Source: Candidatus Spongiisociaceae bacterium (GTDB lineage: Bacteria; Actinomycetota; Acidimicrobiia; Spongiisociales; Spongiisociaceae). From it: a DNA stretch of 64,000 nt. Positions 30,575 to 41,652 of the stretch are shown one piece after another. The notes below the pieces were generated by a model, which did not search any database, was not told where the DNA came from, and saw only the letters and a list, made by a program, of their open reading frames with translations. Position 1 is the first letter of the stretch, and each line of letters starts with the position of its first letter. The translations under genes and the position numbers were made by a program. The stretch is from NCBI GenBank assembly GCA_965262915.1, contig OZ253564.1:1248001-1312000 (forward strand), written 5' to 3'.

Positions 30575-31695
30575 CAGTCCAGCTGACACCGGACGAGGTT
30601 GTACAATCGTCTGTTAAATCCCTTGGATTTGATAAAGAACTCGCTGATTTTGAGACTCCTGAGGTGGTCGTAGAAGCGATAAGAAGAGCATCCTCATTCA
30701 TGTGTCCTACTTCTCCGCGCCGTCTTGTCCAGGCAGTTGTGGAGGTGATGCGGGGACTAGTATCGTCAGAACTATCTGACGATGACGAGGCATCGGTCAG
30801 CGCTCTTCTCGAGGCCGTGACCGCTTACGGAGACCTTGTGGAGGTGCCTCTCGAAGATGAGTCAGGGATCTCACGCCGTGTAGTGTTCCTCGGACCCCCG
30901 TCGTATGTGACAGTTTCGTCAACGATCGTACTCTTGGTCGGCTTACGAGGTGAGGGCCTTGCGCTGTTGGACGAATTGCTCAGCAAGCGTGTCGTGCACC
31001 AGGTCCACGTACGGCGTATGGAACTCGAACAAGGTGAAAACGCAGCGGCACTGTTCAGATCGAGCGATCTCCGGGAGCTCAGTATTGACCAGTGGCTTGA
31101 GCATCCTCGATTCTGTACTCCTCGTGATGTGTACGAAGAGTACAGCAAAAGCCTCAATGCTAGTGGTCCATCCGGGACCATCGAAGGATGTAGAATTCTC
31201 GATCCAGGAAAGTCTCCGACTTACTACCGAGGCCGCTGGCGCTCACCGACGCGTAAGGACTTCGGTCGTTTCGTCGCCCGGCGACCGGTTGAGTTCGGAG
31301 CGGACCTGTGGTGCTTCGCTGAGCTAAGCGAAGGTAACGTCGAGCGGCTCATCGACTTACCCGTGCACCACCTCCTCAACCGAGGCTGCGACGAGGCTTG
31401 GCGTCTGCAAGCGGCGGTAGACTACCTCAACGGAAACCCACAGACAGTCCGAGTTGGGTCCGCCTATTGCTCAAGTGACGTACTTCTTCACCTACGATCA
31501 CCGGTCCCTTCCTGGGCCCAACGCTACCTTGAAACCCTTGGTAGGCCTCTCCCTCGACAACGAGGTAGTCTCATCTCATTCAACATTGCCAAATGTTTGC
31601 TCCAAGACGCCCTGCGGTTTCTAGGCGAATCGATGTGGATTGACCACGAGTACGATGATGGCAGATATGAGACACCAGAGCCTGACGATCGGTGA
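30568..31695 (+). CDS. Hypothetical protein, putative Druantia accessory subunit
   Basis: 375-aa ORF overlapping both neighbours, directly before the helicase. Confidence 0.7.
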   Translation: MVAVQLTPDEVVQSSVKSLGFDKELADFETPEVVVEAIRRASSFMCPTSPRRLVQAVVEVMRGLVSSELSDDDEASVSALLEAVTAYGDLVEVPLEDESGISRRVVFLGPPSYVTVSSTIVLLVGLRGEGLALLDELLSKRVVHQVHVRRMELEQGENAAALFRSSDLRELSIDQWLEHPRFCTPRDVYEEYSKSLNASGPSGTIEGCRILDPGKSPTYYRGRWRSPTRKDFGRFVARRPVEFGADLWCFAELSEGNVERLIDLPVHHLLNRGCDEAWRLQAAVDYLNGNPQTVRVGSAYCSSDVLLHLRSPVPSWAQRYLETLGRPLPRQRGSLISFNIAKCLLQDALRFLGESMWIDHEYDDGRYETPEPDDR

Positions 31696-34600
31696 AACGA
31701 CCGAGGAGATCCGTACCGCCCTCAAGGACTACATCGAAGCCGCCTATCATATAAGTCATCCGACTGTTGTTACACAACGTAGTCGATTACTTGACAAGCC
31801 CGGGGTGATCAGCCAGGAGCCCTTTCTCGAGAGCACACCTCGCTACCAGCTGGGTGATAGATTCGCCTCGTTGCGGATTCCGAGAACAGCAAAAAAGCTT
31901 CTTACACAGATGGCAGAGGCAACGCTGGTCCACGACCCCCCGTATCGCCATCAGGCCGAGGCGATTGAGGGAGTAATCACAGATGGGCGGAGCCTGGTGG
32001 TCACCACAGGCACTGGTTCGGGCAAGACCGAGGCATTCCTGCTCCCGATCCTCTCAAAGCTAGCTGACGAGGCCAGCCTGCGGCCGTGGTCGTTCGCGAT
32101 GCCCGCTGTCCGCGCCCTGCTGCTCTATCCCATGAATGCACTTGTCAACGACCAGCTTGGCAGGCTTAGGCTCATGTTTGGTGACTCACTCGTCTCGGGA
32201 TCCTTCCAAGAGTGGGCTGGCCGGCCCGCTCGGTTCGCTCGCTACACGAGCCGTACCCTGTATCCCGGCGTTAGGTCTGTGAGCAAAGACCAGCTGCGCC
32301 TAAAGTCCATTGCGGACTTCTATGTCAAGTTGGTGGAACAGGCCCAGGACCTCGACGACCCGAACAGGAGGGCAGCTGCCAGACTCATCAAGAACCTCCA
32401 AGACCGGGGAAAGTGGCCAGCCAAGCCCGATTTAGCTACGTGGTATGGAGGGACTGGAGCTCGATGGCGTAACAGGGCCGGGCAGTTTCAGCGTGCTGTC
32501 ATGCTGCCCGATGATCCAGAACTCCTGACGCGTCATGAGGTGCTTGCAGCGCCGCCGGATCTGCTGGTAACCAACTACTCGATGCTCGAGTACATGCTGA
32601 TGCGGCCGCTAGAACGACCTATCTTCGACTATACACGAGAGTGGCTCATCAGGAATCCGGAAGAGCGGTTGTTGCTCGTCATCGACGAAGCCCATCTCTA
32701 CCGTGGGGCCGCTGGCACCGAGGTTGCACTTTTGCTTCGGAGGCTACGGGATCGGCTTGGAATCGCGGCGGATCGCCTGCAAGTCATCTGTACAAGCGCA
32801 AGCTTCCATCATCGCGAGTATGCCGCAAACTTCGCAGCGGACCTGGCAGGCAAGGATCTCGGGGACTTTATTACCGTGACAGGCGACCTCGCCCTCCGCT
32901 ACAGCGCCGCTGTTGGGAGCGCGAGCGATGCGGCACTACTTGCATCCATCTCGCTCGCCGACTTCTACGAGTCCCAGTCCGAAAGCGATCGGCTGTCGGC
33001 TGTCAAGTGCTTTCTTGTTTGTCGTGGCGTAGACACGGATCAACCGTGCAGCCGAGCGCTGTATGAGGCACTACACGACTATCCGCCGATGAGCCAACTG
33101 GTGAATACCACCATGCGTGAGGCTCTCTCTATTGACGAACTAAGCCGGGAACTCTTCCCAACAGCAGAAGAGCACTTAGCCCAGCGAGCATTGACGGCGC
33201 TCGTAGGTCTCGGTAGTTTCGCCCGCAGGGATCCTAAGCAGCCCGGGCTCCTCCCATGCCGCGTCCACTCCTTCTTCCGTGGGCTTCCTGGACTCTGGGC
33301 GTGTTTGGATGAGGAATGTACGGAACGGGACGAGACCCTCGACCCCGGCCCGGTGGGGGCTCTCTACTCGCAGCCACACGACACTTGCCGTTGCGGGAGT
33401 CGGATATTCGAATTCTATACCTGCAGAAACTGCGGAGCTGCCTATGCCCGTGCTTACACAGATAACGTGGAATGTCCCGACTTCTTGTGGGCCGAGGCAG
33501 GCAGTTCATTTCGGTCGGCTGCAGGGCACATTGAGGAACTGCAGCCGCTTGACCTGCTGCTGGAGTCGCCGTCCACTGACGATGTCGAGCTAGCGGACCT
33601 TGACTTAGTTACAGGTCGCATTAATCCAGAACGCCTTGGTAGCCGGGTCCGCAGCGTATACCTAAAAGCGGAGCGTCTCAACCCTCCAACCAACGAGGAC
33701 GAAGAGGAGCCACATTCGACTTCGAGTCTCGGTGAGTTCCGGCCGTGCGGTGTGTGCCGCCAGCAGGCTCCTTTTGGTCGTACGTTCGTTCAGGACCATC
33801 AGACAAAAGGCGATCAGCCCTTCCAGGCCCTTATTACGAGACAACTACAGGTCCAGCCCCCAAGCCCTGCACCTGCTACGGACTTTGCTCCACTCCGCGG
33901 GCGGAAAATTCTAGCTTTCTCCGACTCTCGCCAGACCGCAGCCCGCCTGGCACCCAAACTCCAAGATTACTCGATGAGAGACGCTTTGCGTCCGTTGATC
34001 CTACGTGGATGGCGGGATCTCAGTGGTATACCAGGGCTCGAGGATCAACTCTGCCTCAACGACCTGTACCTCTCCATCCTCATCGCCGCGGAGTCTATGG
34101 GTGTTCGTCTCCGGCCCAAACTCAAGGGCGTCGAATCCCTCCGCGCTGCGTTGACGGTCCGAGAGGAACTGGAGTCCGGCGCATTGGACGACCCATTCAA
34201 GACACTTCATCTCGTAATGGATGTGCGTAGTGAGAGACCGCCGGAGTCCTTGCTGCGCGCAGTGAACGAGATTCTCACTAGTCGCTACTTTGGTCTCCAA
34301 TCGCTTGCACTCGCGTCCGTTTGCGAACGTGGTAAGTTCACCTCCAGAATCGAGGAGCTCCCAGATCTGGCTGTTGCCTTTGATAGTGAGCAGAAGCTGG
34401 CGCTCGCACGGATGTGGCTTTTCTACTGGTCCAACCAGGGCTACTGGTTCCCAACCATGACCGAGGCGTTCTGGCAGACGCCGCGCGGGGTCCGCCCGCA
34501 CTCTGGCAGCTTTCAACCACTCAAGCGGTGGCTAGCAGACGAGACCACATCCAGAGTATTCAGAAAGCATTGGCTACCCATGTTGCTTAGCCTCTTCACC

Positions 34601-37222
34601 GAAACTGTCGCTCCAAGAAAGCACCGTATCCTTGCTCAGAACCTTGCCTTAGATCTAGAGGGGACTTGGGCGTACTGCCAGGCCTGCCGGTCAACCCAGC
34701 GTCCCTTCCCTGGCTCCAACAGATGCGTCTTGTGCTGCAGCGTTGGGTCGGTCCGAGAAATCGACCCAGACAACGACCAGGTCTTTATAGCCAGAAAAGG
34801 CTACTACCGAGCGAGTTCAGTACGCGCCCTGTCAAGCCCCTCCGAGCCCCCCTTGGCTCTAATTGCTGCGGAACACACAGCTCAATTGAATGCCGCTGAG
34901 ACGGATGAGGTGTTCTCGCGAGCGGAGCAGTACGAACTTCTGTTCCAGGATGTAGACATCGGCTTACCTATCCCCGGAAATCAATCCCACGCCGCTATCG
35001 ACGTCTTGTCATGTACGACTACAATGGAGGTGGGTATCGATATAGGTTCTCTCTCTGGTATCGCTCTCCGGAATATGCCGCCCTCTCGGTCGAGTTATCA
35101 ACAACGTGCAGGTAGGGCAGGTAGGCGCGGTAATGCTGTTGCCACTGTCGTTGCCTTCGGAAGTGCCGACAGCCACGACGAGCAGTACTTTCGTGAGCCA
35201 GCCGCTATGGTTCGAGGGAGAGTTGATGATCCAAGCCTAACGCTCGATAATGAAGAGATAGCGCAAAGACATGTGACTGCCTACCTGTTCCAGCGCTATC
35301 ACCAAGATCGACTCCCGACCATCGAGCCAGAGGATCAACCACACCTCTTCGCTGTACTGGGAACGGTAGCCGAATTCTTGGAGACGGCTTCTGAACTAAA
35401 CCGGTGGGATTTTGAAGAATGGTTGCGAGCCGCCGAGTCTGATCTATACATGTCAGTAGAGAGTTGGCTCCCGCAAGAGATCGATCCGACCGATCGCGCC
35501 ACTCTACTAGACCACTTCGTAGATGAGACCCTCCGGATAGTTGATGATGCCCTCTCGACTAGACAGCCTTTAAACGCTCCAACTTCCGACGCCTCTGTTC
35601 GTACAGGAAGGGCTGAGGGGACTTACCATGACGAGTTACAGCTCGAGGTACAGGCGGAGGTAGGCGAGGAGTCACGAACAAGTGGGAGCGGAGTCGAAAA
35701 CCTTCTTGATCGCCTACTCTATAAGGGTGTACTACCCCGATATGCATTTCCGACAGACGTCGTTTCTTTTCATATATTCGATCGCAATCGGTCTACCCGA
35801 TTCCGGGCCGCGTTCGAATACGCGCCTAGTCAAGGCTTGCCAGTTGCCCTATCCCAGTATGCTCCGGGCAAGGAAGTCTGGATCGATGGAAAACTTTGGA
35901 CGTCGGGGGCCCTGTACTCGCCCATACATGAGGACCGTTGTGAAGCGTGGCGTCAGCGTCGTCTCTACTTCGAGTGCAGTGTGTGCCGCTATGCGTGCAC
36001 AGTCGGTCAGACCGAGGCAGACAAGGGTGAGATAAGGGATTGTCCTGCATGTAGGACAGCAGCATCGTTCGGTACAGCGAAGAACTGGATGCGTCCCCCA
36101 GGATTCGCTCATCGGTCTACTGTAAAGGAGGGTACGTCGCCCGAGGATCAGCCAATAAGAAGCTACGCCACCCGTGCAAAACTCGTGGCGGAGGGACCAG
36201 CGGATCCTGATAAATGGCAGCCCGTAACATCCTACCTACGCGAATACTTCCACCGCACCCATCTCTTGGTGACGAACAGTGGCCCGCGCCGGGAGGGTTA
36301 CACTTACTGTACTAAGTGTGGCGTGATCGCCCCCACGGCGACCCCTGATTCCGGCATCTCGGGTGAGCACCCCAAGCCGTATCCCGACGAGCGTGAGCCT
36401 AACTGCACCGGTTCTGCAGCAGCAAGGGGACTCGTTCTAGGAACAGACTTCATCTCCGACGTACTTCTGATCGGACTGAAGGTCGGGCCACCGATGACAC
36501 TTCAGCCTGGGTACCTTGCAACAGATGTTGCACTCAGAACACTCGCAGATGCGATCACCATCGCAGGCTCGCTGGCTCTTGAGATCGAGCCAGGCGAACT
36601 CCAGGCTGAGTACCGTCCGGCTCTCGCTCCTGATGGCGATTCAGGGCTCGAGGCCGAGATTTACCTATATGATACCCTCGCTGGAGGCGCAGGATTCGCT
36701 CGACGTATCGGAGACATGGGCCTCCGACTCTTTGAAGATACAGTACAACTACTCGAAGGCTGTCCCTCGGAGTGCGATCGGTCCTGCTACCGCTGTTTAC
36801 GTAGTTTCAAAAACAGATTTGAACACGACCTACTTGACCGACATGTCGCTGCGAGCTTGCTCCGATACTTGCTCCGCGGTGAGGAACCGACGTTGACGAA
36901 GAGCAGGCTCGAAGTCTCCACAGATCGACTCTTCGAAGACCTGGACCGCCAGGGCCTTGAAGAAGTACAGTTCACTCGGAATACCCTAATAGATATCACG
37001 GGGATCGGTAGGATTGAAGTACCGATCTTGGCCCGATATGCTGGCGGCGATCTAATCATCGGTCTTCACACACCACTCACACCTGGCTATGCGGCAGACC
37101 CAGCCCTACGTGATGTAGCGGAGTACAGTACTACGACACCGGTGGTATTGGTAGACGAGATTCTTGTGAGTCGCCACCTACCTCGCGCAAGTATACAGGT
37201 CCTTGAAGCAGTAAACGCTTGA
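31640..37222 (+). CDS. druE: DEAH-box helicase with DUF1998, Druantia DruE-like
   Basis: TGTGSGKT, YPMNALVNDQ, IDEAH, TTTMEVGIDIG, QRAGRAGR and DUF1998 YDTLAGGAGF...CDRSCYRCL; probable start ATG 31655 or 31667. Confidence 0.88.
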   Translation: MTTSTMMADMRHQSLTIGETTEEIRTALKDYIEAAYHISHPTVVTQRSRLLDKPGVISQEPFLESTPRYQLGDRFASLRIPRTAKKLLTQMAEATLVHDPPYRHQAEAIEGVITDGRSLVVTTGTGSGKTEAFLLPILSKLADEASLRPWSFAMPAVRALLLYPMNALVNDQLGRLRLMFGDSLVSGSFQEWAGRPARFARYTSRTLYPGVRSVSKDQLRLKSIADFYVKLVEQAQDLDDPNRRAAARLIKNLQDRGKWPAKPDLATWYGGTGARWRNRAGQFQRAVMLPDDPELLTRHEVLAAPPDLLVTNYSMLEYMLMRPLERPIFDYTREWLIRNPEERLLLVIDEAHLYRGAAGTEVALLLRRLRDRLGIAADRLQVICTSASFHHREYAANFAADLAGKDLGDFITVTGDLALRYSAAVGSASDAALLASISLADFYESQSESDRLSAVKCFLVCRGVDTDQPCSRALYEALHDYPPMSQLVNTTMREALSIDELSRELFPTAEEHLAQRALTALVGLGSFARRDPKQPGLLPCRVHSFFRGLPGLWACLDEECTERDETLDPGPVGALYSQPHDTCRCGSRIFEFYTCRNCGAAYARAYTDNVECPDFLWAEAGSSFRSAAGHIEELQPLDLLLESPSTDDVELADLDLVTGRINPERLGSRVRSVYLKAERLNPPTNEDEEEPHSTSSLGEFRPCGVCRQQAPFGRTFVQDHQTKGDQPFQALITRQLQVQPPSPAPATDFAPLRGRKILAFSDSRQTAARLAPKLQDYSMRDALRPLILRGWRDLSGIPGLEDQLCLNDLYLSILIAAESMGVRLRPKLKGVESLRAALTVREELESGALDDPFKTLHLVMDVRSERPPESLLRAVNEILTSRYFGLQSLALASVCERGKFTSRIEELPDLAVAFDSEQKLALARMWLFYWSNQGYWFPTMTEAFWQTPRGVRPHSGSFQPLKRWLADETTSRVFRKHWLPMLLSLFTETVAPRKHRILAQNLALDLEGTWAYCQACRSTQRPFPGSNRCVLCCSVGSVREIDPDNDQVFIARKGYYRASSVRALSSPSEPPLALIAAEHTAQLNAAETDEVFSRAEQYELLFQDVDIGLPIPGNQSHAAIDVLSCTTTMEVGIDIGSLSGIALRNMPPSRSSYQQRAGRAGRRGNAVATVVAFGSADSHDEQYFREPAAMVRGRVDDPSLTLDNEEIAQRHVTAYLFQRYHQDRLPTIEPEDQPHLFAVLGTVAEFLETASELNRWDFEEWLRAAESDLYMSVESWLPQEIDPTDRATLLDHFVDETLRIVDDALSTRQPLNAPTSDASVRTGRAEGTYHDELQLEVQAEVGEESRTSGSGVENLLDRLLYKGVLPRYAFPTDVVSFHIFDRNRSTRFRAAFEYAPSQGLPVALSQYAPGKEVWIDGKLWTSGALYSPIHEDRCEAWRQRRLYFECSVCRYACTVGQTEADKGEIRDCPACRTAASFGTAKNWMRPPGFAHRSTVKEGTSPEDQPIRSYATRAKLVAEGPADPDKWQPVTSYLREYFHRTHLLVTNSGPRREGYTYCTKCGVIAPTATPDSGISGEHPKPYPDEREPNCTGSAAARGLVLGTDFISDVLLIGLKVGPPMTLQPGYLATDVALRTLADAITIAGSLALEIEPGELQAEYRPALAPDGDSGLEAEIYLYDTLAGGAGFARRIGDMGLRLFEDTVQLLEGCPSECDRSCYRCLRSFKNRFEHDLLDRHVAASLLRYLLRGEEPTLTKSRLEVSTDRLFEDLDRQGLEEVQFTRNTLIDITGIGRIEVPILARYAGGDLIIGLHTPLTPGYAADPALRDVAEYSTTTPVVLVDEILVSRHLPRASIQVLEAVNA

Positions 37223-38427
37223 CAGTAGGTTCCCAGTTCTCGACATCAATCGGACTACGTGGCGTCTGGCCCGGGCCTCCCAGCTACTGGAGTTTTTCGA
37301 GCCTTGAAGAAATGAAGGCTTGCCCACGTCGATTTGCTCTTACTCGTGCGACCTACGCGCAGATCTGGGAGCTAACAGGTTATCCAGACCGTATAACCGA
37401 GCAATCGCTCTTCGGTATCGTGATACACAAAGTTATAGAGACCGTGCTCGGCAGCTTCCTTTCAGCGGGATGTACCTCCGTGTCGGACCAACAAGCTATT
37501 GCCGTAATGCGGAAACTGGGGGGGTACACGGCGATTGTAGCAGCAGAAGTCGGTAGAGCTATCGAACGGCTTCAGTTGAATCCACGGATGGAATCGCAAC
37601 TCAACTATCTAGATGTAAGGCTTCGGCGACGGATGCCCGAAATAAGGGTAGCAGTCCAAAAGCTTATCGCACGTTCCTTACTAGTGAACTCGGAGTCAAT
37701 AGGTGATGGAGGTAGCGGCGTTTGGGCTAGTCGTGCGCCACGTCGTATCAGCAGAGGTTCTCACTCTGAGGTTACCCTCGTCGCCGAGGCCGAGCGGTTC
37801 ACTGGACGTGTGGACCTGGTGACTGTACGAGATGACTCTGCTGATCTGTTGGACTTCAAGTCTGGTAAGCCATCTGATCGTGACGCGCGGCAACTAACTT
37901 TGTATGGGTTGCTATGGGTTAGCGACAAAGTGGCGAACCCCGATCGACTGCCTGTGGGAGCGTTGACAGCTATGTACCCAGATTGTGACCGGTCCGTTCC
38001 CGTGCCCACGCAATGGCAAGCCGTGAAAGTACAACTCCGGGAAGAGATCGAGCGAGCAGAAGAGGAACTTGCCGAAACGCAACCTAAAGCCAACCCGTCT
38101 ACAGAGTGTTACTATTGTCCAGTGCGCCATATGTGTGATGAGTACTGGGGATCACCATTCATACGACGTGACGGAGTCTCATCTTCATTTACCGACATCG
38201 AGGTATTACTACAGCAACGCAACGGACCCCGGAGCTGGAAAGCGCGACTGGTTGCCGACGCCTCCGACATCCTTCTGAGAACCTCCAGCGAGGATGGGGC
38301 GTTCGCGCCTGGACAGCACTTACGTATCTTGGATATCGCACTTGTCGATTCCGGCGATACGGATTGGCCAGTGGCTACTGCAGTGGCTAGTACAGAGGTA
38401 TACAGTGTCGCTGGCGCGATGAGGTAA
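37219..38427 (+). CDS. RecB/Cas4-like PD-(D/E)XK nuclease
   Basis: SFSSL...CPRRF, GRVDL, DFKSG, QLTLY, CYYCPVRHMC; 4-nt overlap with the helicase stop. Confidence 0.82.
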   Translation: MTVGSQFSTSIGLRGVWPGPPSYWSFSSLEEMKACPRRFALTRATYAQIWELTGYPDRITEQSLFGIVIHKVIETVLGSFLSAGCTSVSDQQAIAVMRKLGGYTAIVAAEVGRAIERLQLNPRMESQLNYLDVRLRRRMPEIRVAVQKLIARSLLVNSESIGDGGSGVWASRAPRRISRGSHSEVTLVAEAERFTGRVDLVTVRDDSADLLDFKSGKPSDRDARQLTLYGLLWVSDKVANPDRLPVGALTAMYPDCDRSVPVPTQWQAVKVQLREEIERAEEELAETQPKANPSTECYYCPVRHMCDEYWGSPFIRRDGVSSSFTDIEVLLQQRNGPRSWKARLVADASDILLRTSSEDGAFAPGQHLRILDIALVDSGDTDWPVATAVASTEVYSVAGAMR

Positions 38428-38429
38428 CC

Positions 38430-38830
38430 AGGAACAGAACATTGTACGCGTTGGTGAGATAGGCGTCCGCTGCGAGCTCTCGGACGAGTTTGTCATCGAT
38501 GCTGGGCTGGGCGGAGAAGTCAAAGTCTTCGACCTGCCCGGGTCTTGAGAAGTTAGCGAACCTGAGCCGGCCACTCCATCGACGGTGTTAGTTGCTTTGA
38601 CGTCGACCCGAAGCAGCTACTCTAGAAATGCGGTATGACCGATGCTGCTTCGGTTGGCTTGTCCGAGGTGAGCGGGCAGCGCTTCGGCTGCTGCTGCCAG
38701 CTTGAGGTAGGCGAGATGGCTCCGTAGTTACTGGTAGACCGAGTCTTCGCTCATCGGCGCTTCCGATCATGGTTCTGCGGGTCGATGTGCCGTTGGTAGA
38801 TCCCAAGATCAATCACAGCCTCGTTGTGGG
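38430..38830 (-). pseudogene. istB: IS21-family remnant (istA end and istB N-terminus)
   Basis: HLAYLKLAAAAEAL...FLE*LL and RLRFANF...VEDFDFSAQPSIDDKLVRELA with stops and a frameshift. Confidence 0.7.
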
Positions 38831-40219
38831 CCACGCTGGCTCCGGTGTCAGCTGCGATCGCCAGCGAGTGGATTCTCCTCTCCGGAGTGATTGAGGGAAG
38901 TCTTCGAATCCGTAGTGGGGGTGAACTGGTCAGGTCTCTATTGTCACGGGGATTCCGATCTGTGTAGCGATTGGCGTGTAGAGGTCTACCTCGACTTCTT
39001 CGGTGTAGAGCGATACGAGGAGTGCATAACGCACCGACAGGTTGTTCCGGTCAGCTCGGTTGTTGTTCTTCCACCATCCACTGACTGGGTACACACCGAG
39101 AACCCCGCAGTCGCCGAGGTCGGCGGCTGTCCCTTCCCACAGGTCCGCATGTAGCGACCCGACATGGCGACTCTGGGGTCCGACAAGCCATTCTGGTTCC
39201 TGTCCTGGACTGTTGTGGGTTCCACCCTCCTCTACTTCGGCGAGACGATTCAAACGGCGTTGGAACTCTACGGTCGTCTCGCCGGGTCGGCGGATGTCGA
39301 ATCTCAGACTGTGGGATGGGTATACGTAGCGGCTTCTCCATCCACGATTCGAAGCATTGGGCTCGATGAAGTAGCTGAGAGTCACCCGCAGCCGCACGGG
39401 TGTTTCGCCAAGATCGAGGAGCTGGTCCCGGGGCCACGGGAGGTCGTGGGTATGCATTTCCCGAAGGCGCGCCTGGCTCCTGTTGTCTTGATCGAAGGGC
39501 TGGATGTGCGATTGGGCGATCAGTGTTACGGCATTGGAAGCACTCCGCAGCACCCGCTCATCGGTGGGGACGCCGAACCCGTAGCGCCTGAGTAGCTGTC
39601 GGCGCTTAGTCTTGGTCGGCGCTTGGTCGATTGCGGCCGCCATAGGCGGCGTCCACTCAGCAGCATGTACGAGCAGCCCTCGGATCGTCTCAGGCCACAG
39701 GTTGGGATAGTTTGCAGCTACCCGCCCGGCGAGGCGTGCTGCTTGAGCCGCCGCAGCGCTGGTCGCGTTTGCGGTCGTGAGCGGACGTCCCAGGGGTTCC
39801 AGGTAGGAGGTTGTCGCGATCGAGACCACATCGTGTTGGTCGAAGTGGGTGGCGTCCGGCGATACTAGGAGGTTGCCGCCTTCCATCACGATGTCCGGCT
39901 TGAGCGGCCAGATCTTAGAGTAATTGACGGATGTCCTGCTGAAGGGTGACAGTTCGCCGCGAGGTGCCAACGGCGTGTATCCAGCGAAGTCGGGATGTTG
40001 CGGCGTGACAGCGAGTTCGGTATAGGCTCCGACGGTCAAAGCGTTCCACGATTGGCCAGGATCTTCGATCGCCAACGTGTCACACACTTCCAGGAAGTTT
40101 GTTTTATGGCCGTCGCGGACGTTCCCTCCTGAGACGATAAGTAGTCGACTGGATTGGGAATCGGGGTCGGTGAGCAACTCGATGCCCGCTTCGGTTGCGG
40201 AAACGTCTGTGCCGAAACT

Positions 40220-41652
40220 GGCTCATCGGATTTCAGTGGGGAGTGACCGATGGGAGTAGGTCCCAGTTGGGTTTCCCCGCGTAGAGAAGGGCGCGGATTC
40301 GGTAGTTCGCGAAGTTGCGGAACCCGAACGCTGCTCGTTTGATCCGTTTGATGAGGTTGTTGAGGGCTTCGGTGGGTCCGTTGGTTACCTTCGAGATGTG
40401 CCAGTTGGTGATCTGGGGGGTCCAGCGGGCGATGGTACGACCCAGCTTGTTGATCTCGGGTGGGCAGGATTCGTGTTGGAGGTCGTCTGCGAGCTGGAGG
40501 GTGTATCGGAGAGCAAGGACCGGACTCTCGATCCCGTAGATGCCTCGTACCGTCTCTTTCGCGTGCCAGGCTGTGCGCACTTCCCCGTAGGGGTCACCAG
40601 CATCGAGGAGACCACGCAGCCGTATTTGACCCCGGTCGCTGATCCTCTCATGCGCAGCGGTTAGGAGCCGCCGTATCCGATACAGCGGGTCATCCTTGCG
40701 GCCTCGATGCCCGAGGGTTTCGTTTTGGACTCTTCGTCGTACCTCGTCGAGACGCTGGTTGGCGAGGCGGATGACGTGGAACGGGTCCGCTACCTGCAGC
40801 GCGTGCGGCAGCACCCTGTCATACGCCTTCCGATACGAACCGGACATGTCCAACACCGCCCAGCGGATAGCCTCACACCATTCGGTGGGTTGTGACCGGA
40901 ACCAGGCTGCGGCGCTTTCTGCTGTTCTACCAGGGACTATGTCGATCAGCTGGTGGCCGCCAACGTCGACGACAGAGGTGCACCAGACTTTGGTACGCCA
41001 ACGGCCCCGACGCCAGAACAACGTCTCGTCCACTCCCACAGCTTCGACGGTCCCGACCCGATCGGTGTCTGCTTCCAGCAGCGCTTCGCCCCAGCGGCCA
41101 ACCTCTTTGTTCACCGTATGCCAATCACAACCAAGTTCTGCGGCGACCTCGTCGACCGAACGGCCCCGCCCACCCACCTGGATGGTCACCCACCGGGCCG
41201 CTCGGGATGTCAACAACGCCCGTTGGGGACCAATCTTGGGGTCTTGTTCGATGAACGATCTGAGCGCACAGTCGGGGTTCGGACATGTCCAGCGCCGTTT
41301 CCGCCACCGCAGCCGCACAGGCCGGCCGAACGCCGGTAAATCCACCAACACAACCGTCCGATAGCCCTTCGACCACACCGACCCGCCACAGGACTCACAC
41401 AACGGCCGGGGCTTGCGGGACCGGATCACCACCTCCAACGGTGCCTCCTCGCCCGGGTCGTTGATCCCTACCAGATCAACCTCACCTAGGCCTACCAACT
41501 TCTCGCACATGCGCGTAGGATCAGCTTCCACAGGGGTCCTCCTGCCTCGGATGTCATTACCAACACCCGATTATGGAGGACCCCTCCTCACTTCTGGTGG
41601 ATTCCAACTCCCCCTGGCAGATCCCCTACTCCCCACTCATTTCCGAAGAGCC
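40220..41652 (-). mobile_element. ISL3-family insertion sequence, 1433 bp
   Basis: Inverted ends GGCTCATCGG.../GGCTCTTCGG...; 8-bp target duplication CCGAAACT at 40212-40219 and 41653-41660. Confidence 0.95.
40233..41531 (-). CDS. ISL3-family transposase
   Basis: Zinc finger CESCG...CPNPDC, GVDE, LDMS, DPFHV, TNGPTEALN; intact 432 aa. Confidence 0.95.
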   Translation of the reverse strand: MEADPTRMCEKLVGLGEVDLVGINDPGEEAPLEVVIRSRKPRPLCESCGGSVWSKGYRTVVLVDLPAFGRPVRLRWRKRRWTCPNPDCALRSFIEQDPKIGPQRALLTSRAARWVTIQVGGRGRSVDEVAAELGCDWHTVNKEVGRWGEALLEADTDRVGTVEAVGVDETLFWRRGRWRTKVWCTSVVDVGGHQLIDIVPGRTAESAAAWFRSQPTEWCEAIRWAVLDMSGSYRKAYDRVLPHALQVADPFHVIRLANQRLDEVRRRVQNETLGHRGRKDDPLYRIRRLLTAAHERISDRGQIRLRGLLDAGDPYGEVRTAWHAKETVRGIYGIESPVLALRYTLQLADDLQHESCPPEINKLGRTIARWTPQITNWHISKVTNGPTEALNNLIKRIKRAAFGFRNFANYRIRALLYAGKPNWDLLPSVTPH

